Shown one piece after another: positions 52,401-64,000 of a stretch of 64,000 nucleotides of DNA (position 1 is its first letter; every line of letters starts with the position of its first letter). The position numbers and the translations under genes are program-made. This stretch comes from Ruditapes philippinarum (taxonomy: Eukaryota): NCBI RefSeq assembly GCF_026571515.1, contig NW_026859463.1, positions 1 through 64,000 of the forward strand, in the 5' to 3' direction. The notes under the pieces were generated by a model. That model did no database searches, was not told the DNA's origin, and worked only from the letters and a program-made list of their open reading frames with translations.

Positions 52401-54926
52401 AAGGTCCGATAATATCAGAACTTTCTGATTATACTTATAGTTTTTCAAACAAACTGTTTATCACTGCTTCAATTATCTACTCAGCATAAGTATTTTCCTC
52501 AATATCTAAACAATAGTTTATGACCTTAAGTAACATAAATAAATATGAACTATTTTAGAAATATTTTTAAATTTTGAAATGATTTTTATACCGAGACAAT
52601 AGTTTCGAGGTATTATTTTTTTTTTTCACTTTGCGCCCTGCCAGTTTAAGTGTTCAATTGTCGACATTTTCGCTTCGGTGTCGCCCGGGCGTAAATCACG
52701 ATACACAATCCAGCCACCAATAAAATCGTTGAAAGATTTGGTTTTAGTTCAAATGACAGCTTAATAAGTATGACGAACTCAGGTTTGCATCACATTGAAT
52801 TAAATTTTAACACGCGTTGTTAGTTTAATAACCTTTTAAGTCGATCTCTTCCTCAAGAGCGCCGCTGTGGGCGTTGCGTTATTACAACGACACACTAGCA
52901 AACGAGTATTAGACTGACATTTGAACAAAATACTAATTTTACGATTAAATAGTGAAAACATATATGAAATTTAATGAAAACAAACACGAAAATTTCATCT
53001 GACTGAAAACAAAATTCTCTGGAATTTAACAATAATTCTGGATCATTTCATTCTAATACTGAATGTACTTGTTATAATTAACCGATTTTTTGATGATTGA
53101 CTCAATATTTTCCCAATTTTTATTCCCCCGGTGTTATGGGAAAAATACCCTAATGTATTTGAAATAAGTGTATGATGATGTACCAAATTTAAACAAAAGG
53201 GAGTAAACGTAGCTGGTGTCATTTAATGTTTGTTTAATTTTAATGATAGCTTCAGCATAAGCTTTGCAAGATTGATGACTATATAATCCAAGATGCTAAA
53301 GTAAAAGAAGTTACCCCCAACATGTGCTCTTTCACAGGGCAGAATATACGTGAAATTAAATGTATCCCGACGGGTGTCAACAAATTTCTCCTGATTTGTC
53401 TTGGCTGGCTTGGAGGGGGAGGGTTCCACCTTGTCAACTTTTTGAGATCGGGGCTTCTTTTCGGTACATTTTTGTCCGTCATCCAATTAAGAAAATAGTA
53501 CACCAGCGCAAGGGTCTAGCGAGTAAAAATAATATCTTTATAACAACAATTAACATTATTACGTGTAGTAGAGAATATTACAATATTAGCATTGCCAACT
53601 TGTAAATCGTACCTTGTAAAAATCTTTCTGGCTGTTAACCAGCCTTTAACGTTAAGATTGTCGTATAAAAACCAAAAAAGACATCGTCACTATTAATTAT
53701 GCTTGTCAACCGCTCGATATTTAAACATGAAAAATGCCTACACTGACTAAGACTAACGAAACGCAAATCCTAATAACTTAAAGCTTAATTGACTAGCAGA
53801 TTCAAAATATAAAATCGCCATTATTGCTGTATATCTTACAAAGTCGGAGACGTCAAAGACCGACCAAATTCGCCTACTATGCTTAGTGCTAGAACCACCA
53901 GCATGGGCCGTGTCTTTCCTTATCCGATAATTGATCATTGTTCGTTGTGCATTGTCATATGATATTAAATAATTGACAGTGACAGAGACCTTATACTAAC
54001 TTATGCAGAATTTATTTAAATTAATAATAACAAACAGCCTCCGAACTGTTACAGCAAAATCTACAAGAAAAATGTAAAATCAACATATTTGCTTATAGAA
54101 TTATTGCTATGTGTGTCGAACAGTCATTCAATCTAATCTCAAATAATCAACAAAAACGTTCTATATATCTATGTTTATATCTATATATCATTTTATTCCA
54201 GCATTTTGGTGGCCAGTAATTTGCCTGTGTTAAACATACCGTCGGTTTGACTATTATATAATAATTCTAGTGACATACAACTGTGAGCGAGCCACCGATT
54301 CAATAGATTGTCTCGTTTAAAGTTCATATTACTAAACAACTATCTATTTGAAATTGTCACCTAGTGAAGCGTAAATCCGACCTTTGTAAAAACTTTGAAT
54401 TATGATACGACTGACACGTGATTTGCCCTAGTATTACTTATTATTTCAATTTTAAGAGATCAATTGCATTGCGAAAAACCGCCTTGATTAAAGACTTTTC
54501 AGTATAAATCTTTGTTAAAGATGTTTATTCAAATATATGAACTGATCTACATATCCTAAACATTTTAAGATTTGAGTGTTATCTTAAAACACTAATGGTT
54601 ACAGTTGCAGGCGGCTTGTCCCCTAATTAACTGATGAACTCTGCACTATCATGAAAAACGTCACCGATATCACTCTACGTGAATGCCATTCCATTTATCT
54701 TAATGCACATATACTGTTTTCCTACCGAATGTGATTTAATTTCCATGAACACGATAATTTTATGACAATAAACTCTACACACTAATAACTAAAACAGTCA
54801 TGAAAAAAACACCGATTCTATCTACTAGTCTATACGAGCACTATATTCCCTGCTGTCTGAACTATAGGCACAGAACGCGGACAGATATATTTATGATTCA
54901 TTTATTTATTTAAAGGAATACATTTA

Positions 54927-55130
54927 GCCGCGTTACGAAAAAACCACATAGTGGTTTGCGACCAGATCCCTCAGTCTGATCAGGATCATCTGTTCGCTTA
55001 CACTCTGTTACCAAGTGGAGAACTGACAGCGGAAAAGCAATGGATATCCTGCAGACGCCGCGAATGCTCAGGCTGTCTGATCCATGCTGTCGGCAACCGC
55101 ATTATGTTGGTTTGTCACCGTGACGCGGAC
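54927..55130. mobile_element. Palindromic MITE (second, distorted copy at about 61585-61818)
   Basis: Inverted ends GCCGCGTTACGAAAAAACCACATAGTGGTTTGCGACC ... GTCGGCAACCGCATTATGTTGGTTTGTCACCGTGACGCGG. Confidence 0.65.
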
Positions 55131-56649
55131 TTCTATAATGTCTCCCTACAAACGATACTTGTTTACTAACAAGAATATCACTTTGACACACAATAAAAGC
55201 AACTCTGATTATTAATGGAATTTTTTAAAAATACACCGATGTTTTAATCCTGCAATTGGCCGGACTCTTTTTTAAACGTTGGTCAGTTACTACGCTTCTA
55301 ATAGCAGAACACAACAGACAGCAGTTGTTTCATGTCTAAATTTCGATTTGAAATATATTCGTCCCTAAAATATAGTAATATCTATGTGGAGGAAACATAT
55401 CGTAACTAAACGTCCTGCGTCAGAAAAGCACTGTCTGTTAGTAGCCCGCGCGGTTTGATCCCAGATTAAACTGACACTAATCACGCTATAAAACAGACCA
55501 GATCTATTATATCTAGGATCGCTTTTATCTTCTCTTTAAGTTTTATACCTGTCCCTCACAGAATACTGATATTATAGATTTCATGAAGAATCTAAATATA
55601 ATGGGCAAACTTGATAATACCAAAAATATTACCATAGCACCGATTTATTAACATTGTCCTACATTTCTGAATGTAGTTATGTAGCTTATTAAGTATTAGC
55701 CAGATAAACTGACATATAGCTGTATAAGATAAGCATTGAATAAGTCTTAAACTCGCGTTGAGACACCATACATCTCGTCCTCAATACCAATATATTGCTG
55801 AACACTAATTTGCCATCATAAGCGTCATCCTGCGTAAGAAAATAGAGCCGACTTTTTCTAATTAAATTAATGTAAACTTCTGGACACCTCAGCTGCACCC
55901 AATAATACGCGTACATAGATAGTCTGTTAATAATCACATCTATTCTATCCTTAAAGTAGACATGTTCCCATACCATACGATATAGGTTTTATTAAAGAAT
56001 CATTAAACCAAATAAAGTCAAAACTTGCATAATTGAACACATTATGAAAAGAGGGGCTTTATTTGAATGTGTGCGACACTACATGTAAATTATAATCTAG
56101 TATTAACAGTACCAAACGGATAGAGCCCAATCTATAAATGCATTTATTTGCTTTAGTATACATTCGTCCTAACAGATATATGTAATATTAAAAAATTTAC
56201 GTTTAAAAGTAATAACATAAAGCTCAAAAACACATTTTTCATACGCCCGCGGAGCAGCATCAATAGGTGCTTAGAAACTAAAACGGCAAAACGAAGAGAA
56301 ATCACTTTGAAATCTCATTTTAAAATATATATTTCTTCTACCAATATGAATATCTTCAGAACTGTTGACGAGATGCCTAAAGTTTACAGAGAACACAAGA
56401 TTTCAGCGATACAGACTTGTTTGTTGGGACATCAGCTAGCAGACGAAGTTTTACGACAACATATGAATCACTCTGATCGGAATCATAGTGCTTTAATGGC
56501 ATCATATATTGATGATCCAGGATCAGATCGATATTTTTACGACAATGGAATAAGTTTATAAATGTAAACGTATAAGCAAGTAACGGTAGAATATACTCAA
56601 AGATGCAAAATAAATCACATGGTCCACGGCACGTTGTGTAAAATCGATC

Positions 56650-57915
56650 GAACTTTACCTTCTAACTTCCACATTTTTACAGCATTTTTTTATAATATAC
56701 TTTAGTCTAGATTGAAATTATCCTTAAACAATTGTTTAATATCAACTAGATTTGCCGGAGTCATTCAATTCTAACCATTTTATTAAATATATTTTACAAA
56801 TCACAGCTCAACCTTAAAATGGAAACAATGAACATTACTTTCACTTTAAGTAACAAAAAATGACCACACACACTTACGAAGAGTGAATTTAAGCTATCCA
56901 GTATTAATTAAAATATACTGGTCAGGATATGCTGTTCATTTACTATGAACGATGTTATGAATGATTAAACGTAATTAAACTATTTGTAATGTTTCAACTG
57001 TATCTGGGAAAACGGACAAATTGTCTTCCGTTTAAACTATCTTGCCACAAAGCGGACTTTGTTCCTTCTCAACAGTATCAACGCGTGTAAGTTATTTAAA
57101 GCGCTTAGGTGACTGAAAGCGTCTTTGATGTCCGAGATTTATTTCAGGAAACTTTTCAGGAGTTAACTGTTTTTATCAGAAAGCATATAGGGGCAGATCT
57201 AAGATGCTTGCGAATCACCTGACGTAATAAGTACTTAAAACATATATGTAGATAAAGAATGATTGTAGGAAAATGTGATTTTATTTCTTTAAATAATTAT
57301 ATATCATAAATAATGTAAACAAACGCATTCTCACTAACCCGGTAATTTTAATGAAGACGGTGATCTTTATTTTTAAATTAATGTCATATTCTCTGAAATA
57401 TTTTGTTTCAATACATTTAGTCTAGAAATACGTAACTTTATACATTTTTATATTCTGTGTATTCAATGTCACTTATGTACATTGATCAAATTCAATAAAT
57501 AAACATGATTTCCATGCAAAATAGATAAACGTGGTTTTAATGCATCGAATACTAACAGATTTCGTTAGTGACGTTTACGAATATCACATTATATTTAAAA
57601 TAAAGAAAATATTTCAGCTGTTTCTGGACTACAATGAAAATTGCACTGTGAAATATCCGTTATCAACTCAAAGGAATGTATATTTACATATATTGCATTT
57701 GTTTACAAATGTAGAGTAATAATGATTAGGAATATTGAAAATGTATTAAATTTTGGGAGCAATAGCGAAAATATTTATTTTGAGATTGGTTCAATGTGCG
57801 TTTTCAACTTGGAAAGCACGGGACCTGCATTATTTTTGTATGAAATATCAGTATTTCTATTCGCCATTACTTTATGGAAAATAATATGAAAGATTCAGAA
57901 CAACTACACCTTAAA
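56650..57915. repeat. Inverted diverged copy of 39715-40875
   Basis: See the partner feature at 39715-40875. Confidence 0.8.
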
Positions 57916-59164
57916 GGCACATTATGCGTCAAAAATGAATACTTTTTAACTTATTTAAAAAGAGCAAACATGAACTTTATTAAATTAAAATAATGGTTTT
58001 AAAGCATGTTAGATGCTAATAACACGAAAAAGTAGCGATGAATGTGACGTAATATGCAAACAAAGTAGTATTACAGTAGGGTGAACGTGTCAGTTTACAC
58101 GCAAAACGCACGTTACACGCTATACGAACGCACGTTACACGATATTCGAACGCACGTTATACGCACGCAAAACGAAACGAAATACGCAGACGCACGCAAA
58201 ACGATATACGCTAAACGAAATACGCTAAACGATATACGCACGCTAAAACGCACGCAAAATGAAAACGTTTCTAAACGTTTATTAAAACATCGTAATCATT
58301 TTAGGTTTTTAACAAATTTAGCTACATGTAGATCGTTTAGCGATAAATTTTGATTATATACTGTACTGCAGTACAGTATGGTAGCTAGAAATGTATTTTA
58401 AACGAGTTTATGTAAGAACTGAAATGCACTCAACCTAGCACCGAAATTAATTTTTGTCACAGCCTCAACAAATGATTTTTAGAAATATTTATAAGCTATC
58501 GTGCGCTAATATCGAAAGTAAAATAGTTAGGATAACGTGTTCCTTTTTATGCGCAATCAAATAAAGAACTATCCTTTGCATTCACTACGTAATCTCTACG
58601 TAATAGTCCAACATGGCCGACATTGAATTATGCATTGCAAATTTTTATAAATATACAGTGCTAACAATTAAATTCAGATGGATTTATAAGGCATATCTAT
58701 ACATTAAGTGAGGCTGCATCATAAACAATCGAACTATATAATCTTGAGTGTAAAATAAAGGAATAAACTATTTTGACAGAAGTCACGAAAACAGATTAAA
58801 AACACAGGATTCTACCACGGATAACATTAAGGAAAATGGATAACATTACGGGAAAAGCTTCCAGAATCAGGAATGATTAATTGCTGGCACAATACGTAGA
58901 TCTTAGTTGATGTCCTGTATGTTTCATTAGGACACCGCATGATTTATCTTGTCTTGTCGCCAGTAAAATCTTCTCAAAACGAAAGTGAAAGTAGAAATAA
59001 ACAGTCCAGTGAAATCACAAAAAAAAGGTAAAATTTCTAGGGCATTACAATATATGAGTATATATAAATATATATATTTGAGCCCGGGACCCCTTGAATA
59101 CAGTGTCGAAGCTGACTATACCGGCTAAGCTATCAGTCCGCTTGCATACTCCTCCTGTCAATAG

Positions 59165-59478
59165 TTTTTTTGTTTTTTGTTTTGGGTTTTACGTCACATC
59201 GACACAGAAATGGGTTTCATTTTTTTGGGACGTTCCAGTTTTTACTGGTGGAGGAAAACCCCCGGGGTGCTTTCCGTGATTTTTTTCAGGCACAAAACGG
59301 GCACCTGAGTAAAAACCCCCGACTTTCCCCCTAACCCTACCCTGGAAAAGCTTCCTCCATAAAAGGGAACCCCAAAAAGTTCCCTGTGGGGTTTCCGAAC
59401 CCACAGCGGTGGGGGGGAATTTGGTTTTTAAAGGGAAAACGCCCCTTAAACCCAACCGGGCCCCGGGACGCCCCCCCC
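59165..59478 (-). mobile_element. tRNA-derived SINE (sequence distorted by homopolymer errors)
   Basis: Reverse-complement B-box-like GGGTTCGGAAACCCC near 59390, a GC-rich head at about 59470, and an A-rich tail (T-rich on +) at 59165-59190. Confidence 0.5.
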
Positions 59479-62400
59479 GTCAAAGTAAACCCGTTCTTAG
59501 CTTTTAGAAATGAAAAAATCGGGTTTTTACAGTTTTCCTTTTTGGGGATTCCATATACCACCCCAGTAAGGGTTCCCCTGAAGGGAAGGGAACACTTCCT
59601 TACTGATAGGGGGATCTAAAAAACCTCATTTGTCGGGATTATAGGACATTTCCCATCCCTTTTTTTTAATTTTTAATAAAAGGGTTAAATTTTTTTTCCA
59701 TATCAATCAAACAGTTTGAAAATTGTTACTCAATATTTTTGGTAATATGTTCCCTTACTAATTGGGTTTCATTTTTCAGGAGGTTAAAATAAGGTAAAAT
59801 CCCCCCCTTTTTTAAAGATGTAAGGGTTTTTTGCTTGAAAAAAAAGGGCATCATAAAAAAATTTACCCTATTTTTCTTCTTTGTCAAAAAAATTCCCAAG
59901 GGGGTTTTCTTTTTTTTAGTCAATTAGTTTGTAGTTGTACTTGATGGTATAACATTTTTTTGGCTTTACTTGCCCAGGGGGTTTATAAATAGGAAAACTT
60001 CCCCAAAATTTTTTAAAAAGGTTTTAGTGGGGTAAAGTTTTTTAAAAGGCATTATAGAAAGTTAGCCATTATTTTTTAATTTTCAAAATTTTTTTTTGGG
60101 TTTTTAAAAGGTTTTGATGTAGGTATTACTTAATATAAAAATTTACTATGTTGTTTAAACAAAATTTTAAATTCTTTTTACCATGGGGTTTTATAATCAG
60201 GAAAATTTTACCCCCCATTTTTAATGAATTAGTGTGTAAGCTTGTATATTTATACCAAAAATAGTAAATAAGCCAAAATTTTTTTTAATATTAAAGAAAA
60301 TTTATAGAGAATTTTTTACTTTAATCAATTAGATATGCTTTTAAATTAATAAAAATAAAATTTATTTTTGACTTATTTTTTCTGTTTAAATGTCCTAGGC
60401 TGTTATAAAAAGGGGAAAAATCCCCTTTTTGTAGTAAATTTTATGTTCAAAATCTTAAGACAGAAAGGGGTATCTCGGGAAAAATTTGCAAAAAAACTAT
60501 AATATATTGTAATGAATTTTTTTGGGATTTCCCTTTTATTTTTAGAAATTAGTTTACGTTTTTTAAATTTTAATATGATAGTTTAAATTTTGTTCCTCTT
60601 TTAGCTTTTTTTAAAAATTCCCGGGGCTCTATAATTAGGTAAAATTTTTCATACTTTTAGTAAATTTAGTGATTTTCTAACATTAAGGCATTTTTAGGAG
60701 TTTTTGCCCAAAATTTCTCATTTTTTAAATAAAATTTTTTAAAGGACTACCTTATTTTAGCAATTAAATATTTTTGTTTTATTAATAAAAAGATTATGTT
60801 TTTAAAAAAAATTTCTGTATCATTTCAAAGGGGTTAATTTTAAAGGGAAAAAATTCCCCAGTTTTATAAACCCATTTTATGGGGCACGCTTTTTTTAATT
60901 TTGGGGGTCCACTTTAAAAAATTTACTTTTAACTTTTAAATATTTTTTCATGGACAGTTATTGAAAATTTTTCTTTTAAGTCATTTTTTTTAAAGTTTTT
61001 AAATTAATAAAGTTTTTTTGGGTTTGAGTACCCAATTTTACATTACTTTTCTTTAAGGATCGTATTAAGCTCTTTTTAATGAACTGACCTACCTATGAAG
61101 CAAAAAATTTGTATTGTGGGAAAATTAAAAAATAAAAATAAATTTTGAAATTGTACAGGCCCCAAAAATTTTAAAAAGTATCCCAAAAGGGGTTTTTTTG
61201 TAAATTTAAATAAATAATGGGTGATATTTAAGTATATTATAGTTAAAATTTTATAAATTTTTTGGGGTTTTAAAAAACTTACTTGAGGAAGTTTTAAAAA
61301 AGTGACTTGGGGCTACAGCATACCTAGGCCCGAGAAAAATCTTCAAGGAAAATTTTATGGTTATATATGGATAGGTTTTTACTTTTTTTGTTAGAAAAAA
61401 GGCCCACACAGGCTCCCTCTCGGGTATCTTAAAAGGGGGGTTTTTGTTTAAATAATGGTTACGGATTTATAAATTTTTTAAAGTGATTTTTTGATTTAAA
61501 ATACAGAATAAAAAAAAAAAAAAGCTATAATGTTTATCAAAGTGGGTTTTTAATATGGGCCTCATTTTAAGATTAAAATATATTTAGGGCCCGGGGGACG
61601 ATAAAAAACCCAAAATAATAGGTTTGCGAAACCCGGGATTGTTACAGACCAAACCTGCGCATCTGTTCGCTTTAAAAGTGTCCTACTTGTTATTTCGGTT
61701 TTTAAGTGAACAGCATGGATTTCCCGATCAGGGCTGCGCGGGGTATGGGAGGCTGGCTTTGGTCCCTGCTGGGGCCCCCCTACCACTTTTGTTGGTTTTT
61801 GTCGTGGGCGGGCTCATTTAACTTTTAAAAATTTTAAAAACAACTGGCTCGGGGGAAAAAAGGATTTACAATTTTATTAAAATTTCTAAAATAAAAATTG
61901 TAACTGTTTTTTTTTGTACATAAAGGGGAAAATTGCTATATCATTGTATTCTCTTTTTTTTTGATTAGACTGGTTGAAAATTTCATAGAAATCCCTAATC
62001 AAAGGGATCATTTTTTTAACAAAACATAAATTTATTAAAATTTACAAGTAATAACCCAAAACATCAATATTGGGTTCAGACAGAAACTTAAACAAAAAAA
62101 AGGGTTTTAAAAACCCCAAAGGGCCCCAAAACAAAAATGTAGTCTATGCTTTTGATAAAGAAACTGACAGATAGGGGAAATTTTTTAAAAGGGGGGCTTT
62201 TTGCCGGTCTGTTGTGATTTAAAATGTCTAAAAAAGTACATCAAAGGGGATATTTTAGCCACCATAGGGAAATTTATCTTTTGAAAAAAAAACTAGCTAT
62301 TTTTATTTGTACAAAATATAGAAATAATACAATGGGATAATTAGTTTAAAAATTCACTATACATGTAAAAAAATAATTTAAAAATATTCCAAAAAATGTC

Positions 62401-62624
62401 GGTACAAGGGCCCCTGGTACGGGATTTAGAGGGGGGCGGGTTCGAGACCATTCAGGATCACTTTTTTCTAACCCCCGTGACTGAAAATAAAATTTGTATA
62501 CCCCGGTAGAAATTAAATCCCCAATGCTAAGTAACCCCGGGGAAAATTTGAAGAAATATTTGCACACACAGTTTGGGTTTTTTTTAACCCGGGGTTTTAG
62601 TATTTTAACAAGTAAAAAGTGTAA

Positions 62625-62707
62625 GCCCGGCCCCGAATAGCTGGAGGAACTTAAGAGCCGCGGAATGGTATTCCGAAATTTTCAGGGTTCGAGTCCCTGC
62701 CAGGCTT
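62625..62707 (+). mobile_element. tRNA-derived SINE head
   Basis: A-box-like TAGCTGGAGG and B-box GGTTCGAGTCCC; no clean cloverleaf. Confidence 0.4.
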
Positions 62708-64000
62708 TTTAAAATATCAAAAATAAATCTGTCAAGGGAAAAATAGGGGGGAAAAATTTTCTAAAAATAAATTTTTCACCCCCAAATAGGATTCGGATCG
62801 GGGTTTGGGACAGTCTTTTATAAAAGTCAGATTGGAAAATTGTAAAGGGGTGGGGGGGCTTTGTCTGTTACCATTTAATTTATTTTTGACGAACTTCATA
62901 TTTTTAAATATATATTTGGTACGCATATAAAAAGCCTGTTTTCTAATTTAATATCAAAAAAAGTTGCCCAAATTTAAATTTGTAACTAAATTAAATATGC
63001 GTATGTAAACTAGGGGTTTTTTAAAAATAATTTAAACTTTTGGCCCTTTTAAAACATGTAGAAAACTGACCAGTATTCTTCCCCGAGGGGCACAAACTTT
63101 AAAAAATTTTTAAAGTAAACCCTCACAATAATATTCTTTATATAATATTTTATTTTTTGACCCGGGGGCAAAAGAAAAATTCTTACATGTTTAAGAAAAA
63201 AAGAAATTTTTCAACCCAAAATTTTCTATCTAAGATATTCTTTTACTTTTGAAATTTTTAAAAAGGGCGCAAAAACAAAGGTACTTTAAACCCCTTAGAC
63301 GGGAAAGCAGACGCAGCTAAATAAGAAACGCACGCTTTCCCGAAAGAAAGATAAACGAAAAACCCATACACGGGGAAAAAGGAAAAAAAAGTTTTAAAAG
63401 CTGAAAACGAAAGCACGCTTTTAGGGAAAAGGGGTTTCAAACAAACGCACTTTTTCCCCGCTATACGCACGGGACGTTTCACGAAAAAAGGACGCACGAA
63501 AAAAAGGGTTTTTTTTGACAACCGAAACGTTCACCCTACTGTATGACTTCCCCTTTCAAAAAAACTTTAAAAAATTATAACAGAACTTATTGCCAAAAAA
63601 GCAACAGAAAACACACCCGGTTTTTCAGGGTTTTTGGGCCCTGGTTAACACTTTTGGGTTTCTATAAAAAATACACTGGAAAAATAAAAAAAAACTTTTT
63701 TAAAAAAATTAAAAAATTAAAAAATTACGGAGATATAATGGGCCTTTTAAAAGCCTATGGGGAAAAGTAATTTGCATTTGTTTCAGCAAACCCCCCCCCC
63801 CCCCCCCAACATTTTTTTTGTCCGGATTTTCGGATTATTAAAAATGCCTGGTTCTCTCATTTTTCGATACCCCTTAAATCACTGGACCGTGGACCCGAAA
63901 TTTGGTCGTTTTAGAGGGTTTTTCCCCACTAAATTTACGTTTTATCACACGCCCCACGCCCGCCCCTTTTTCCCACTGGGCCCAAATTTGTAGATCTTGG

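Larger units (their letters stand above)
58074..63541. mobile_element. Candidate TA-flanked TIR element (Tc1/mariner-type ends) spanning about 5.5 kb
   Basis: TA-CAGTAGGGTGAACGT at 58072 and ACGTTCACCCTACTG-TA ending at 63543. ACGCAC-rich subterminal arrays lie at 58098-58260 and 63290-63500. Confidence 0.55.

Noticed and set aside
53223-53605. Overlapping short ORFs (e.g. KLTRWNPPPP)
   Set aside because: No recognisable domain or convincing splice boundaries. An exon cannot be excluded without RNA-seq.
56307-56561. 84-aa ORF with an acceptor-like TTCAG
   Set aside because: No family recognised and no good donor. Left uncalled.
62625-62707. Functional tRNA gene
   Set aside because: A and B boxes are present but no consistent cloverleaf, and it lies in low-quality sequence. 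Treated as a SINE head.

Overview
This is AT-rich, repeat-dense animal genomic DNA, most likely from a bivalve mollusc (inferred from the repeat families). It has three N-gaps and homopolymer-inflated, low-quality stretches at about 11.0-11.5 kb and 59.2-64 kb. No intact host gene is evident. Main contents: (1) a decayed minus-strand Naiad-type Penelope-like retroelement (about 3.6-10.2 kb). It has in-frame TGA codons at two conserved Cys positions (the CxC linker and DKAxNN...C) and a SECIS-shaped hairpin at the ORF end, so it looks like a selenoprotein-encoding retrotransposon. It is interrupted by a GalEa-like Ty1/Copia element. (2) An intronless polysaccharide pyruvyl-transferase (EpsI/Pvg1-like) pseudogene with an N-terminal membrane anchor, broken by a Tc1/mariner-type MITE. 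(3) A near-complete 11-kb Ty3/Gypsy element with 982-bp LTRs, CTGT TSD, tRNA-Lys PBS and an unusually long, structured 5' leader. (4) Three LINE remnants (one split by a solo LTR), MITEs, SINEs, satellites and a 1.2-kb inverted dispersed duplication. All translations, alignments and folds were done by eye, and family names come from motif recognition, not database searches.
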